The position numbers and the translations under genes are program-made. Source: an uncultured Lachnospiraceae bacterium (GTDB taxonomy: Bacteria > Bacillota > Clostridia > Eubacteriales > Eubacteriaceae). Taken from it: 64,000 bases of DNA. The stretch lies in NCBI GenBank assembly GCA_964510565.1, contig CAZEBY010000007.1, positions 2,511 through 66,510 of the forward strand, written 5' to 3'. Positions 10,055 through 19,846 of this stretch are shown here, one piece after another. Every line of letters begins with the position of its first letter. Position 1 is the first letter of the stretch. The notes under the pieces were generated by a model. That model saw only the letters and a program-made list of their open reading frames with translations, was not told the DNA's origin and ran no database searches.

Positions 10055-11093
10055 CGGCTTCCAGCCTATTTCTCATGATTTCAAGCTCGTCCAATTCACC
10101 CATATCCAGCCAGGCCTGTTCACTGATTGGAAAAACGCCAATTTTTTCCCCCTCTTGACGATACGTTTCAATAATATCTGGAAATCCCTGCTCTTTATCT
10201 GTTTCAATTTCAGCAATGACTCGCCCATCAACTACATACATTCCGGTATTGACAAAAAAAGATATCTCCGGTTTCTCCTTCATGGCTTCAATGTTACCAT
10301 TCTTGCCAATTTCTACCACCCCATAGGGAATTCGAATCCGCTTCATTGAACAAACCATGGTAATAAAATTCCCCTGTTTTTGATGAAAGCTTAAAATTTT
10401 CTGATAATCCTCGTCAATCAGAATATCACAATTGGACAAAATAAAAGTTGAATTAATTTTTTTCTTTAGAAGACTAAGGCCACCACCAGTACCAAGGGGT
10501 ATCTCTTCATCGACATAATGCAAACTGAAGTCTTTATCCAGATCATTAAAATAAGCTTTTATCATATTTTTCTTGTGGTTCAAAATCAAATAAAATTCGC
10601 TGCAACCATTATCAACAAAGCGATTAATGATGTGTTCGGCAATTGGAATTTCGCCGATTGGTATCAGTGGCTTGGGTAAAATTTTAGTGTACGGATATAA
10701 TCGCGACCCCAAACCACCAGCCATGATCACTACCGGAACATCGATCCTCTTCTTGGTTTTGATCACTTCATGATGGGCGAAGATAATCTCCATAACTCGA
10801 TTTTTCGAATTTACGATCGGAAGAGCCTCTATTGATTGTGTTTTCATATAATTTTTAGCCCGATACTTCTCTTTTGTTGTCAGATATTTTGGCTGATAAT
10901 TGGCAATTTCAGAGATCTTGGCTTCCAGGCTTCCTTTTTTTAGAATCCAGCGTCTAATATCACCATCGGTTAAGGCTGCAACTAGTCCCTGTTCGGAAAC
11001 GACGAAAAGCACTTTTTTCGCAACCCGATCCAGTTGCGCCATGGCTTCAATCATACTGCAGTTTTCATTAATGAGAAAGTCTTTTATTTCCAT
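10047..11093 (-). CDS. ptmE: CBS-pair + nucleotidyltransferase (PtmE-like sugar-1-P guanylyltransferase)
   Basis: N-terminal CBS (LTDGDIRR), MAGGLGSRLYPYTKILPKPL, PLGTGG, WLDMG. Confidence 0.8.
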   Translation of the reverse strand: MEIKDFLINENCSMIEAMAQLDRVAKKVLFVVSEQGLVAALTDGDIRRWILKKGSLEAKISEIANYQPKYLTTKEKYRAKNYMKTQSIEALPIVNSKNRVMEIIFAHHEVIKTKKRIDVPVVIMAGGLGSRLYPYTKILPKPLIPIGEIPIAEHIINRFVDNGCSEFYLILNHKKNMIKAYFNDLDKDFSLHYVDEEIPLGTGGGLSLLKKKINSTFILSNCDILIDEDYQKILSFHQKQGNFITMVCSMKRIRIPYGVVEIGKNGNIEAMKEKPEISFFVNTGMYVVDGRVIAEIETDKEQGFPDIIETYRQEGEKIGVFPISEQAWLDMGELDELEIMRNRLEADE

Positions 11094-11110
11094 GGCATAT
11101 CCTTTCCGGC

Positions 11111-12091
11111 TCAAATATTATAAATATCCGCTTTATATTTACCCAAATTTCCCCTAAAAAAATCAATGGTCTCCTTTAATCCTTCGGTAAAAGAATAAGA
11201 CGGTTTCCAATTGGTCAATCGCATGATCTTATCATTAGAGCCTAACAATCGATTCACTTCGCTTTTTTCCGGACGGAGTCGTTCTTCATCGCAGATGATC
11301 CGTGCTTGTGGATTAATCTGCCTGATTAATTCCTCTGCCAGTTCACCAATCGATATTTCCTGCTGAGATGCGATATTGATCTCTTCACCAATGGTTCTTT
11401 TCTCTTTGGCGATTGCTAAAAAACCCGCAACCGTATCCTTAACATAATTAAAATCCCGGGTTGGTGACAGTGCGCCAAGGTGAATTTCTTCTATACCTGA
11501 GAGTAGCTGGGTAATAATCGTTGGTATCACCGCTCTGGCCGATTGTCTTGGGCCATAGGTGTTAAACGGTCTGACAATCGAAATTGGTAAATCAAAACTG
11601 CGATAAAACGATTCCGCTAATCGATCCGCACCAATTTTTGTAGCTGAATAAGGCGATTGTCCCTGAAATGGATGGTTTTCATCAATGGGTACGTACTGGG
11701 CTGTACCATAGACTTCAGAAGTCGATGTTATCAGTATCCTTTGCGTTTCCAGTTCCCTGCCTGCTTGTAGCACATTCAGAGTTCCTTTAATATTCGTATC
11801 CACATAGGTATCCGGAGAATGATAAGAAAAGGGAATGGCAATCAGTGCTGCCAGATGATAAACCACATCGATCCCTTTCATCGCTGTTCGCACCCCATTG
11901 GGATCTCGAATATCTCCTGCAATTACTTCAATTTCATTCATGATTTCTCTAGGCAGTGTATCAAGCCATCCCCAGTTATTAAATGAATTATAGTATACAA
12001 ATGCTCTGACCTTCTGTCCCTGTTTGACCAACTCCTCAACCAAATGACTACCAATAAAACCATCGGCACCGGTGACTAAAACTTTCTTCAT
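11111..12091 (-). CDS. legB: NAD-dependent 4,6-dehydratase LegB
   Basis: TGADGFIGSHL, YNSFNNWGWLD, HLAALIAIPFSY, QSPYSATK, RPFNTYGPRQSARAVIP. Confidence 0.9.
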   Translation of the reverse strand: MKKVLVTGADGFIGSHLVEELVKQGQKVRAFVYYNSFNNWGWLDTLPREIMNEIEVIAGDIRDPNGVRTAMKGIDVVYHLAALIAIPFSYHSPDTYVDTNIKGTLNVLQAGRELETQRILITSTSEVYGTAQYVPIDENHPFQGQSPYSATKIGADRLAESFYRSFDLPISIVRPFNTYGPRQSARAVIPTIITQLLSGIEEIHLGALSPTRDFNYVKDTVAGFLAIAKEKRTIGEEINIASQQEISIGELAEELIRQINPQARIICDEERLRPEKSEVNRLLGSNDKIMRLTNWKPSYSFTEGLKETIDFFRGNLGKYKADIYNI

Positions 12092-12100
12092 CAATACCAC

Positions 12101-13960
12101 CTACGCAAACTCTCTAATCACATTATCAAACACCAGCATGATCTCATTACATAAATTCATTTCGGTATACAAAAGATTAATAAATGATTCCGTTGGCTTA
12201 ATTACACTTTTAATTTTTTTTAACTGGTTCTTTTCAGTCTTTATTATTTGAATGTCATTAACAAGTATACCGTATTCCACCCGATTAATCGGGAGTGCGA
12301 TCATCTTAAAAAAGATGTTTTCTTCCATAGTCTTTATCTGCCTATCCATTTTCAAATGAGTCTGAAAGGCTTCCTTCTCCTGGTTCATTCGTGTCAAATC
12401 CTGTAGTTCTAAAAGACAGCTTTTTATTCCAGGTATCAAAGTCTGATATTCTTGATAAGCCCCTTTTAGCTGTTCAAGCTGGGCAAAAGTATATGATTGA
12501 TCATATTTTTCAGTCAGTTTAATTTGACTAATTGGGCAATCACATACTCTCGAATCTAACAATTCCTCACCAATCAACTGGGCTAGGGTTTTGAAACTGG
12601 CTCCCTCAATTCTAGCCCCACCAATGGTGGTGTTAATCACCTTGGCTTTATACTTATCAATTGTTTGTTCCAGTTGCCTTTTCATGTTTAAAAAAGACTC
12701 GGTTGTTTTGACCTGGCTCCCATCTACCGCTTCAGTAAATACAACATCAGTTTTTAGCATAGTCTTACGCATCTCTTCAGTGAAATAATCAATCGCACTG
12801 GAATATGTTTTTTCTTCGTTAAAGGCAAGATTTTGGCCAACTAGAATGATTTGCGAAAAACCCATCCTTACCAATAATTCAAGGGTTACCACCGCAATCG
12901 ACGGTGCATCACTGACCGTTTCAATTAGTTTCCCATTCACTGTCTTAAGAAAATATGCGGCTACAGTGTCCTGATTGGTGAGCATGTGGTATTTTGGACC
13001 TTGATATTGTTCTAATACCTCATACCCCACACTCGATCCAAAAATCATTGGAATTGATTTGATTCCTAAATTATTAATTTTATTAAATACCATTTGATTT
13101 TTATCTGTCGGGTCATATGTACACATAGCATCTGGCTCAATACCATTATGAATCAATGTATTAATAGCAGAACCAACTGAAAAAATATAGGCCAAACCTG
13201 CGTCTTTTATTTTTTTTAGGTTTTCAATTTCTAAATCTAACGATGGTCCTGCTGCTACAAGAATCGCTTGTTTTCCGTTAAAGAAGCTATCCTTTTCCAG
13301 TAGAATATTAGGGGTTTTAAGAACACATTTGAAATTATTGACACTATTAATTATCCAACGCTTTTTGAATGAGTAATTAGCATGTAAAACAGAACGTTGT
13401 TCTTTAACAAGACGTTTAAAATCTGCAAAAAACTTACGATGATTCTCTTTAAAAATCTGCCGATAAGTTGAAAGGTCACATATGACCAATTTTTTATATT
13501 TTGTCTGGACCGCTTTATAATAGAGCATATCTACCTGATTACCACACTGAAGGATCTGTATATTTTTATTTATGCTTTTCTTAATAACCTTATTGTCCAG
13601 ATAGTGTGCAAAAATTTCCGGTGAAGGCTCAATAATAGAATAACTAACTGTTGGAAATCGTAAAAGAAAAACTTCAATATGATATCCTAATCCAAGTCCA
13701 TAAAAAACGACATGTGTCTGCTCATCGATTTTTTCATCATCCGCTAACTTATCAATAATGGCCTCGGCCTCGCGAATTGGGTTGTATTTGCTATGTAAGT
13801 ATACTGTCTTTTCATCTTTTTCATACCTTAAAGTAAGATGACCATCTTTTGCATTCTCTAAAAAAAACGAAGCTTTTCCTTCCAATTCTTCCCATTTTTT
13901 TACACATTGATAGATACTTGGGTATTCTTCTCTTAAAAATAGAATATTATCAGCTAACAT
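12101..13960 (-). CDS. maf: Motility-associated factor (Maf) flagellin nonulosonate glycosyltransferase (DUF115)
   Basis: YLHSKYNPIREAE, GLGLGYH, VAAGPSLD, IILVGQNLAF, NTTIGGARIEG. Confidence 0.88.
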   Translation of the reverse strand: MLADNILFLREEYPSIYQCVKKWEELEGKASFFLENAKDGHLTLRYEKDEKTVYLHSKYNPIREAEAIIDKLADDEKIDEQTHVVFYGLGLGYHIEVFLLRFPTVSYSIIEPSPEIFAHYLDNKVIKKSINKNIQILQCGNQVDMLYYKAVQTKYKKLVICDLSTYRQIFKENHRKFFADFKRLVKEQRSVLHANYSFKKRWIINSVNNFKCVLKTPNILLEKDSFFNGKQAILVAAGPSLDLEIENLKKIKDAGLAYIFSVGSAINTLIHNGIEPDAMCTYDPTDKNQMVFNKINNLGIKSIPMIFGSSVGYEVLEQYQGPKYHMLTNQDTVAAYFLKTVNGKLIETVSDAPSIAVVTLELLVRMGFSQIILVGQNLAFNEEKTYSSAIDYFTEEMRKTMLKTDVVFTEAVDGSQVKTTESFLNMKRQLEQTIDKYKAKVINTTIGGARIEGASFKTLAQLIGEELLDSRVCDCPISQIKLTEKYDQSYTFAQLEQLKGAYQEYQTLIPGIKSCLLELQDLTRMNQEKEAFQTHLKMDRQIKTMEENIFFKMIALPINRVEYGILVNDIQIIKTEKNQLKKIKSVIKPTESFINLLYTEMNLCNEIMLVFDNVIREFA

Positions 13961-14570
13961 GTTCTCCTCCTGAAGGTACTAAAAATCTTAGTTTTTCCTT
14001 AGCTATTTCTAGGATTGGGAGAATTTCATAAAGGATTATATCACCGATCAAAACATGATCCCGATTGACCATGGCTTGTTCAAGATCTGGCAACTGCACC
14101 TTCACTTCTTTCATAATCTGTACATATTCGTTCCAGAAAACGTAGTTGGAAAGTTTCAGATTAAGCTGATCAATTTTGTCAATCCGACTCATAGCATCTA
14201 ATAACCACTCTATTCCTTCAAAAAGATCGGCCAATTGATTCCAAGTTTCCTGACCTGGTGACTGATAGAAACCTTCTGCTAAAGGTTTAAGCAATAAAAT
14301 AGCATTACCGATATAGTCAAACGCAGCTTCAAGAGTTTCTTCAATCAACGGGTTCCGTTTTTGAGTTTCAACAACAATTTCCTGGATTGTTTCGATTTGT
14401 TCGTTTAAATAGATTTCATAATCTTTATATATTGGTATCCCATCTATAACAAGATGAGTTAATTTGGTACCATTCTGTTCCAATACACGATGAATCGTTG
14501 TTAAAACATCACTGATTGCACTTTCTATATTTTCAAATTCCTTAGTTATGTTATTAATGATAAGTTTCAT
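13950..14570 (-). CDS. Conserved hypothetical protein of the type preceding maf in Firmicute flagellar loci
   Basis: 206 aa, C-terminal D-x-VLIGDIILYEI motif; overlaps maf start; downstream of sigma28-like promoter. Confidence 0.7.
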   Translation of the reverse strand: MKLIINNITKEFENIESAISDVLTTIHRVLEQNGTKLTHLVIDGIPIYKDYEIYLNEQIETIQEIVVETQKRNPLIEETLEAAFDYIGNAILLLKPLAEGFYQSPGQETWNQLADLFEGIEWLLDAMSRIDKIDQLNLKLSNYVFWNEYVQIMKEVKVQLPDLEQAMVNRDHVLIGDIILYEILPILEIAKEKLRFLVPSGGEHVS

Positions 14571-14619
14571 TTAATTTCCCACTCTCTAATTTTTTAGTTG
14601 CAGAACAGCCATATAGCTA

Positions 14620-14646
14620 TTATCGACAATTACCTCTCGTCTTTAA
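14620..14646 (-). promoter_or_regulatory. Putative sigma28 promoter of the maf/leg operon
   Basis: TAAA-N14 (or TTAA-N15)-GTCGATAA. Confidence 0.55.
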
Positions 14647-14719
14647 GTGTACTAGAATCATAATTTAAGTATAATTGGAATCGGATTTTTTGTAAAGGAA
14701 AGCTTCTATTTTTATGCGT

Positions 14720-14744
14720 AAAAAAACCACCCGAAGGTGGTTTT
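14720..14744 (-). terminator. Intrinsic terminator after flagellin
   Basis: aaaaccacc-ttcg-ggtggtttt followed by T run on minus strand. Confidence 0.85.
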
Positions 14745-14756
14745 AAAAAAAACTGA

Positions 14757-16103
14757 TTATTGTAATAATTGAAGAACACCTTGTGGTTGTTGATTTGCTT
14801 GCGCCAACATCGATTGAGCAGCTTGTGCCAAGATATTGTTCTTAGTGAATTCCATCATCTCTTTTGCCATATCAACATCGCGGATACGAGATTCAGCAGA
14901 ACTCAAATTTTCAGAAGATGTGCCTAAGTTGTTGATAGTATGTTCCAAACGGTTTTGTATTGACCCTAGTTTTGCACGTTCTGATGACACATTCGCAATT
15001 GCATCATCGATGGTTGTAATTGCAGCAGTTGCTTTATCCGCAGTTGAAAGATCCAAATCATTTACCTTTAGTGATTTGGCACTCATATCTTCAAGACCCA
15101 TCGACATCGATTGACCTGAATTCGCACCAATTTGAAAGTCCAACTCGTTTCTTGTGACCGAAATTCCGATATCTGTAGCTGTAGATGCCTTAACAGTAAA
15201 CTCCATGCCTTTTAAACCGCCATTTGTTATTGTTACTGTTTTTCCATCAGCGGTAAAAGATCCAACACCAGATATATATGCATCTCTTCCTTGAGTAGTT
15301 ATTGCACCACCACCCAAGAAATCTGCTAAGCCTGAACCAGTTCCGGTAATAATAACTTCACCTTTTGTTCCAAAATCATTCGCGGTTACTACTAAACGCG
15401 TTCCACTTGCTCTTGCTGTTACCCCAGTATTTTCCGCGCCATTAATAGCATCAACAACATTAGCAATTGTATATGTACCTGCTGAGAAATCGATTGACAC
15501 ATCATTTATAACTAAAGTTGAGTCTGCTGCAAGCACTCCAGAGAATGTTGCCGATCCAGCCACTTCTTCTTGTAAAGCTCCACTCACAACAGAAATAGTA
15601 TAATCTCCTGGTAAAATTGTGCTACTTAACGAAGATTTCACTTCAATGTTAGTAGTTCCACCTGATTGAGATACTTTTGTACCATAGTCACCATTTAATA
15701 ATTTTTTTGTATTGAATTCAGTGTCTGTCGAAATTCTTGTAATTTCTTGATTCAATTGATCAATTTCTTTTTGAATTTCTCCACGATCTGCTGTTGTATT
15801 AGTATCGTTCGAAGACTGAACCGCCAATTCTCTCATTCTCTGTAAAATCGAATGAGTTTCATTTAAAGCACCTTCAGCGGTTTTGATTAAAGAAATCGCA
15901 TCATTTGCATTACTTGTTGACTGATCTAAGCCTCTAATTTGCCCACGCATTTTTTCTGAAATTGCCAACCCGGCAGCATTGTCACCAGCGCGGTTGATTT
16001 TTAAACCGGAAGACAGTTTTTCCAAAGACTTGGCTGTCGTTGCCTGATTTGCAGATAATTTGTTATACGTATTCAACGCTGTAATATTATGGTTGATTCT
16101 CAT
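14757..16103 (-). CDS. fliC: Flagellin
   Basis: MRINHNI...LSSGLKINRAGDNAAGLAISEKMRGQ; RIRDVDMAKEM...QPQGVLQLLQ; Ser/Thr-rich variable middle. Confidence 0.97.
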   Translation of the reverse strand: MRINHNITALNTYNKLSANQATTAKSLEKLSSGLKINRAGDNAAGLAISEKMRGQIRGLDQSTSNANDAISLIKTAEGALNETHSILQRMRELAVQSSNDTNTTADRGEIQKEIDQLNQEITRISTDTEFNTKKLLNGDYGTKVSQSGGTTNIEVKSSLSSTILPGDYTISVVSGALQEEVAGSATFSGVLAADSTLVINDVSIDFSAGTYTIANVVDAINGAENTGVTARASGTRLVVTANDFGTKGEVIITGTGSGLADFLGGGAITTQGRDAYISGVGSFTADGKTVTITNGGLKGMEFTVKASTATDIGISVTRNELDFQIGANSGQSMSMGLEDMSAKSLKVNDLDLSTADKATAAITTIDDAIANVSSERAKLGSIQNRLEHTINNLGTSSENLSSAESRIRDVDMAKEMMEFTKNNILAQAAQSMLAQANQQPQGVLQLLQ

Positions 16104-16215
16104 TTTTTTGTTCCTCCATTTTGTATTAGCCGTTACCCTGGCTTGGGAAATTGGGATGCTTTCCTACGTACGCTAGGTCAGCCAAATTGTTAAGCTTGAT
16201 TCGCTCTTGCTATTA

Positions 16216-16242
16216 ATATCGACGGGACTGCCGTTTACTTTA
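16216..16242 (-). promoter_or_regulatory. sigma28 promoter P1 of fliC
   Basis: TAAA-N15-GTCGATAT. Confidence 0.8.
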
Positions 16243-16333
16243 GCAGTTTTTTGATTCTTATTTAAAAATCTTTTGCGTTCGTCGTTTTTAATAACCTTTC
16301 GCTCTCACTTAACCTTATTCTCTGTTGTTCTTA

Positions 16334-16360
16334 TTATCGTCAAATTATTATTTAGCTTTA
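16334..16360 (-). promoter_or_regulatory. Second sigma28-like promoter P2 upstream of fliC
   Basis: TAAA-N15-GACGATAA. Confidence 0.65.
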
Positions 16361-16420
16361 GCATTTTTCTCAAAAAAATATTTTACACGGAAAATTTTTT
16401 CGGTTATCTCCAAAAATAAA

Positions 16421-16483
16421 AAGAGGCCGCTCTTTCCTGCACCCTAGGATTAACTGCTCGGCTACAAGAAAAATCGTCCTCTT
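16421..16483 (-). terminator. Long imperfect hairpin + U tract after the flgM-flgL operon
   Basis: aagagg..tttttcttg...caggaaaga..cctctt followed by tttattttt on minus strand. Confidence 0.5.
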
Positions 16484-16497
16484 CTGCTTTATACGTT

Positions 16498-17103
16498 TTA
16501 AACTTTCTGATCCAGCTTTGCACCATTGCCGCCTTCCGGTTCAAAACCAAAAACCGGTTCATAGTTGGGATCGGCACTGCGGGGAACATAAATGGGCCCG
16601 CCGACGTATTTGATGATGACTTGGGGACGTTGGGTAATTTTTAACTCAATGTCCGGCAGGATCAATTGCATATTGGCCGTATTGGCGCTCGGCTGAACGC
16701 CTGTATTGCCGGTCTCGACCGGAATCACCATGCTGGCCGAAACGGCACTTCCCTGGTTGACTGGTGACGCCATCAGACTGGCCATTTCGTCGATCCCGCG
16801 GGATAAATGTTTGAAATGAATGGGCTTGGCCTGGCCATCTTCCATGGTTACTTCCAGCTCCAGCTTGCCGTCATTGCCGACTTTGGCGGTGGCCGTATAA
16901 GTCGAGTTGTCCCACTGATAATCAGAACTGGGTTCAAAGGTATCATTCAGAGCAATCCGGATCGGCTTTATTGGTTCCTGGTTGACGCCTTCGTTACTGT
17001 CATTTCTGACACTCTGGTTATGGACCGCCGACAATTGAAGGGGTTCTTTTTTCACATATTCTAATTTGATTGGGACTGTTTCAATGGTAATCAGTTGTTC
17101 CAT
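16498..17103 (-). CDS. YviE/DUF6470-like flagellar operon protein
   Basis: MEQLITIETVPIKLE start, C-terminal ITQRPQVIIKYVGGPIYVP; position after flgL. Confidence 0.55.
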   Translation of the reverse strand: MEQLITIETVPIKLEYVKKEPLQLSAVHNQSVRNDSNEGVNQEPIKPIRIALNDTFEPSSDYQWDNSTYTATAKVGNDGKLELEVTMEDGQAKPIHFKHLSRGIDEMASLMASPVNQGSAVSASMVIPVETGNTGVQPSANTANMQLILPDIELKITQRPQVIIKYVGGPIYVPRSADPNYEPVFGFEPEGGNGAKLDQKV

Positions 17104-17156
17104 TTCCTTCTTCTGCTCCTTTCCTGAGAATTTTGCGGGATTTTGCTTGTAAAAAT

Positions 17157-18185
17157 TTAAGTCATATAATCAAAAACCGATTGCTGCACGACACTCTGGC
17201 CCATCTGCAAAGCCGCCTGATAGGCGACCTTCTGGCTCTGAAACGCAATATAGGTATAGGCGGCATCGACTCCCTCGACGGAGGTCTGACGTTCCTGTAA
17301 ATTAAAATTCTGGGTTTCGTAGCGGCTGGTCATAAATTCCAGGTACTTGGTTTTGGCCCCAATTTCAGTCGTTGCTTGGTAGGTCTTGAGACTGTTTTCC
17401 TTGAAAAAGCCATACAGGTTGTCACCCTTATCAAAAGAATATTCCCCAGCCGGCTTTTCAAATTCGGTCGCAATTCGGCCTAACAGATCATACAGATTAT
17501 TTGAAACGGTTTCGCCTGGAATTTTGGTTGAATTGGTGCCATTGCCAACGAATTGAATACCAGGAAGTGAATAATTAAAGACGGTATTGCGATCGACTTC
17601 ACCCGTCCCTTGGTCAAAGGATACCCCTAAACCGATATCGACATAGAGGGAATCCTCTTTTAATGCGGCAACCAATTCTTTTTCGGCAGCTGTCCCTTCA
17701 TTTAGATCATCGAGATTTTTGCCATTGTACTGGAGTTTTCCGGCTACAACAGTGAAAGGCTTTTCATTATTGCTGCCGCCAAAAAGGTACATCCCGGTGG
17801 TGTTGGTATTAAGGGTTTCGAGTAGCTGGTTTTGAATCGTTCGGATTTCTGAGGCGATGATCTTGCGATCCTCTTCACTTTGAGTCCCGTTCATCCCCTG
17901 CAAAATTTTATCCGACGCTTCAGCCAGGGACGATTCAATTTGACCCAAGGTACTTTCCGAGTTGGTCAGAAAGTCATCGGCATGGCGAATATTATCCTGA
18001 TAGCCTTCCAGCTTCGACAGATTCCGTCTGATCTGATAGCCTTTGACAGCTGAAGAGACATCCTCGGAGGTGCGGGCATACTTTCTGCCGGTTGCCACTT
18101 GGGTATTGAGTTTATCCAGATCTGACGAAATAGTATTCAAGTTGGTTGAATATTTTGACGTCATCATTCGATATGTAATTCTCAT
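17157..18185 (-). CDS. flgL: Flagellar hook-associated protein 3
   Basis: MRITYRM, ATGRKY, YLFGG, YQAALQ...SVFDYM. Confidence 0.9.
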   Translation of the reverse strand: MRITYRMMTSKYSTNLNTISSDLDKLNTQVATGRKYARTSEDVSSAVKGYQIRRNLSKLEGYQDNIRHADDFLTNSESTLGQIESSLAEASDKILQGMNGTQSEEDRKIIASEIRTIQNQLLETLNTNTTGMYLFGGSNNEKPFTVVAGKLQYNGKNLDDLNEGTAAEKELVAALKEDSLYVDIGLGVSFDQGTGEVDRNTVFNYSLPGIQFVGNGTNSTKIPGETVSNNLYDLLGRIATEFEKPAGEYSFDKGDNLYGFFKENSLKTYQATTEIGAKTKYLEFMTSRYETQNFNLQERQTSVEGVDAAYTYIAFQSQKVAYQAALQMGQSVVQQSVFDYMT

Positions 18186-18230
18186 TTTTTACACGTCCTT
18201 CCTGTTTGCGTTAATAAAGCAAGCGCAACC

Positions 18231-19805
18231 CTATACACCCATCTTATTGATGATATTATCGAGGTTCTCGTCCAATACGTTAAAATAGCGCATTGCGGCG
18301 TTGTACACTTTTTGAAAAGCTGACAGGTTGACACCTTCTTCATTAAGTGATACTCCCGAGACCGAATCGCTGGCATCGGAAACGGTTTGAAACACGTTGG
18401 TTGCCGTGCTGGAATAATTGGTATACAATTCAACATCAGTGGCGACTTCGCTGACGGTGCTGGTCATATACTCGTTAAAGGTTCCGTTTAAGATGGTATT
18501 GCCTGTAGTATCCTTAAAATCAATCTTCGCTGTCATTTTATCAATCAGACGCAGGATATTATCGGCACTGGCTGGCGTTGCCTGATAGTCCGCGGTTGGT
18601 GGCGGATCAATGACCGGATTTTTGGTTGTATTGATGTAAGACGGATTTTTTAACCAGGCCGTTGAAACCTGGATATTTTTGGCGGTAATATTGGTTGTTG
18701 CTGTTCCCGAAGAATCGGTGAAAAGCGGCAGTTCGGTTGTCGCACCGGTGATACTGCTGTTGATGGCATTTAATTCGGTGGCAAACTGATTGGCGAAAAT
18801 ATCCATTTTCGTGGCATAGTAGTAAATCCCTTTGGAATCACTTTCTCCGACCGCAGTATCGGCAAAACTGCCTTTACCATTGATGATGTTTATGTAACCG
18901 CGCAGGGAACCATCTTTCACATTGCTGTTAACATCGGTTCTTTCGACGCCGGTGGTGTCCTTAATTTTAAGCTGCACGTTTAACGGATCAGATTTGTCGA
19001 GGCTCATTTCGGAATAACTGCCATTATCAACCAGCATGATGTCTTCCCCACCGCTCTGGTTTTTAATTTTAATACTGTAATGGGGTATCGAAAGGTTTTC
19101 GGTGATGACATCGGCCGGCGCCGTGCTCACTTCAATATTGGCGATCCCGGACAGTTTATCGATCAGCAGATTTCGCTGGTCATAAAGCTCATTGGGGGTA
19201 TTGCCGTAGATTTCTTCCCGTTGAATTTGTTTATTTAAGCTGGCAATGTTCTTGACATAGGTATTAAACTCACTGCCGACCACCACCTCCAGATTTTCGG
19301 TCTGCTCCGTTCTGACTTCTTCAAGTTGGATGGCGTACATGTTAATGGTCTGGGTTACTTTTTCGGATGCCGAGCGGACCACCTGGGCGATGTCGGAGCT
19401 GGTCGGGGTCTGGGACAAACTCTGGAGATCGTTAACAAAGCTGGACAGTTCGCCTTGCAGCGCCTCGGTTGAGGCTTCATCAAAAACGTCTTCCAGGTTG
19501 GATAACCCTTTTACCATCGTTTCGTAGCGATTGGCTTCGGCATTTTGGGATCGATATCGGGCATCAATGTAAGGATCTCTGAGCTGCGTGGTTCTGACTG
19601 CTTTCGCACCGATCCCCGTTGTGATGACTGGAGTGGCAAATTTTTCAATTTTGCCGCTGGTGGTCACCGAAACGATATCAACCCGCTGACGGGTATAGCC
19701 TTCGGTATTGACATTGGAAATATTATTACCAACAATATTAATGCTCGCCTGACTGGCCTCCATGGACCGACTGGCAACGTTATATGATACAAATGTTGAA
19801 GCCAT
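18231..19805 (-). CDS. flgK: Flagellar hook-associated protein 1
   Basis: GNNISNVNTEGYTRQRV, LYDQRNLLID, SVSGVSLNEE. Confidence 0.93.
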   Translation of the reverse strand: MASTFVSYNVASRSMEASQASINIVGNNISNVNTEGYTRQRVDIVSVTTSGKIEKFATPVITTGIGAKAVRTTQLRDPYIDARYRSQNAEANRYETMVKGLSNLEDVFDEASTEALQGELSSFVNDLQSLSQTPTSSDIAQVVRSASEKVTQTINMYAIQLEEVRTEQTENLEVVVGSEFNTYVKNIASLNKQIQREEIYGNTPNELYDQRNLLIDKLSGIANIEVSTAPADVITENLSIPHYSIKIKNQSGGEDIMLVDNGSYSEMSLDKSDPLNVQLKIKDTTGVERTDVNSNVKDGSLRGYINIINGKGSFADTAVGESDSKGIYYYATKMDIFANQFATELNAINSSITGATTELPLFTDSSGTATTNITAKNIQVSTAWLKNPSYINTTKNPVIDPPPTADYQATPASADNILRLIDKMTAKIDFKDTTGNTILNGTFNEYMTSTVSEVATDVELYTNYSSTATNVFQTVSDASDSVSGVSLNEEGVNLSAFQKVYNAAMRYFNVLDENLDNIINKMGV

Positions 19806-19846
19806 TGGTTTTCTCCTTTTACTCTAAACCCTGTTATTCCGGTAAA

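Noticed and set aside
7267-12091. Sialic-acid or pseudaminic-acid pathway
   Set aside because: LegB-, LegC- and PtmE-type genes plus a hydrolysing epimerase, with no PseB/PseG/PseH, fit legionaminic acid better; exact stereoisomer cannot be told
16104-16210. CsrA binding sites in the fliC leader
   Set aside because: GGA motifs present but no convincing hairpin-loop pair, and csrA is absent from the window
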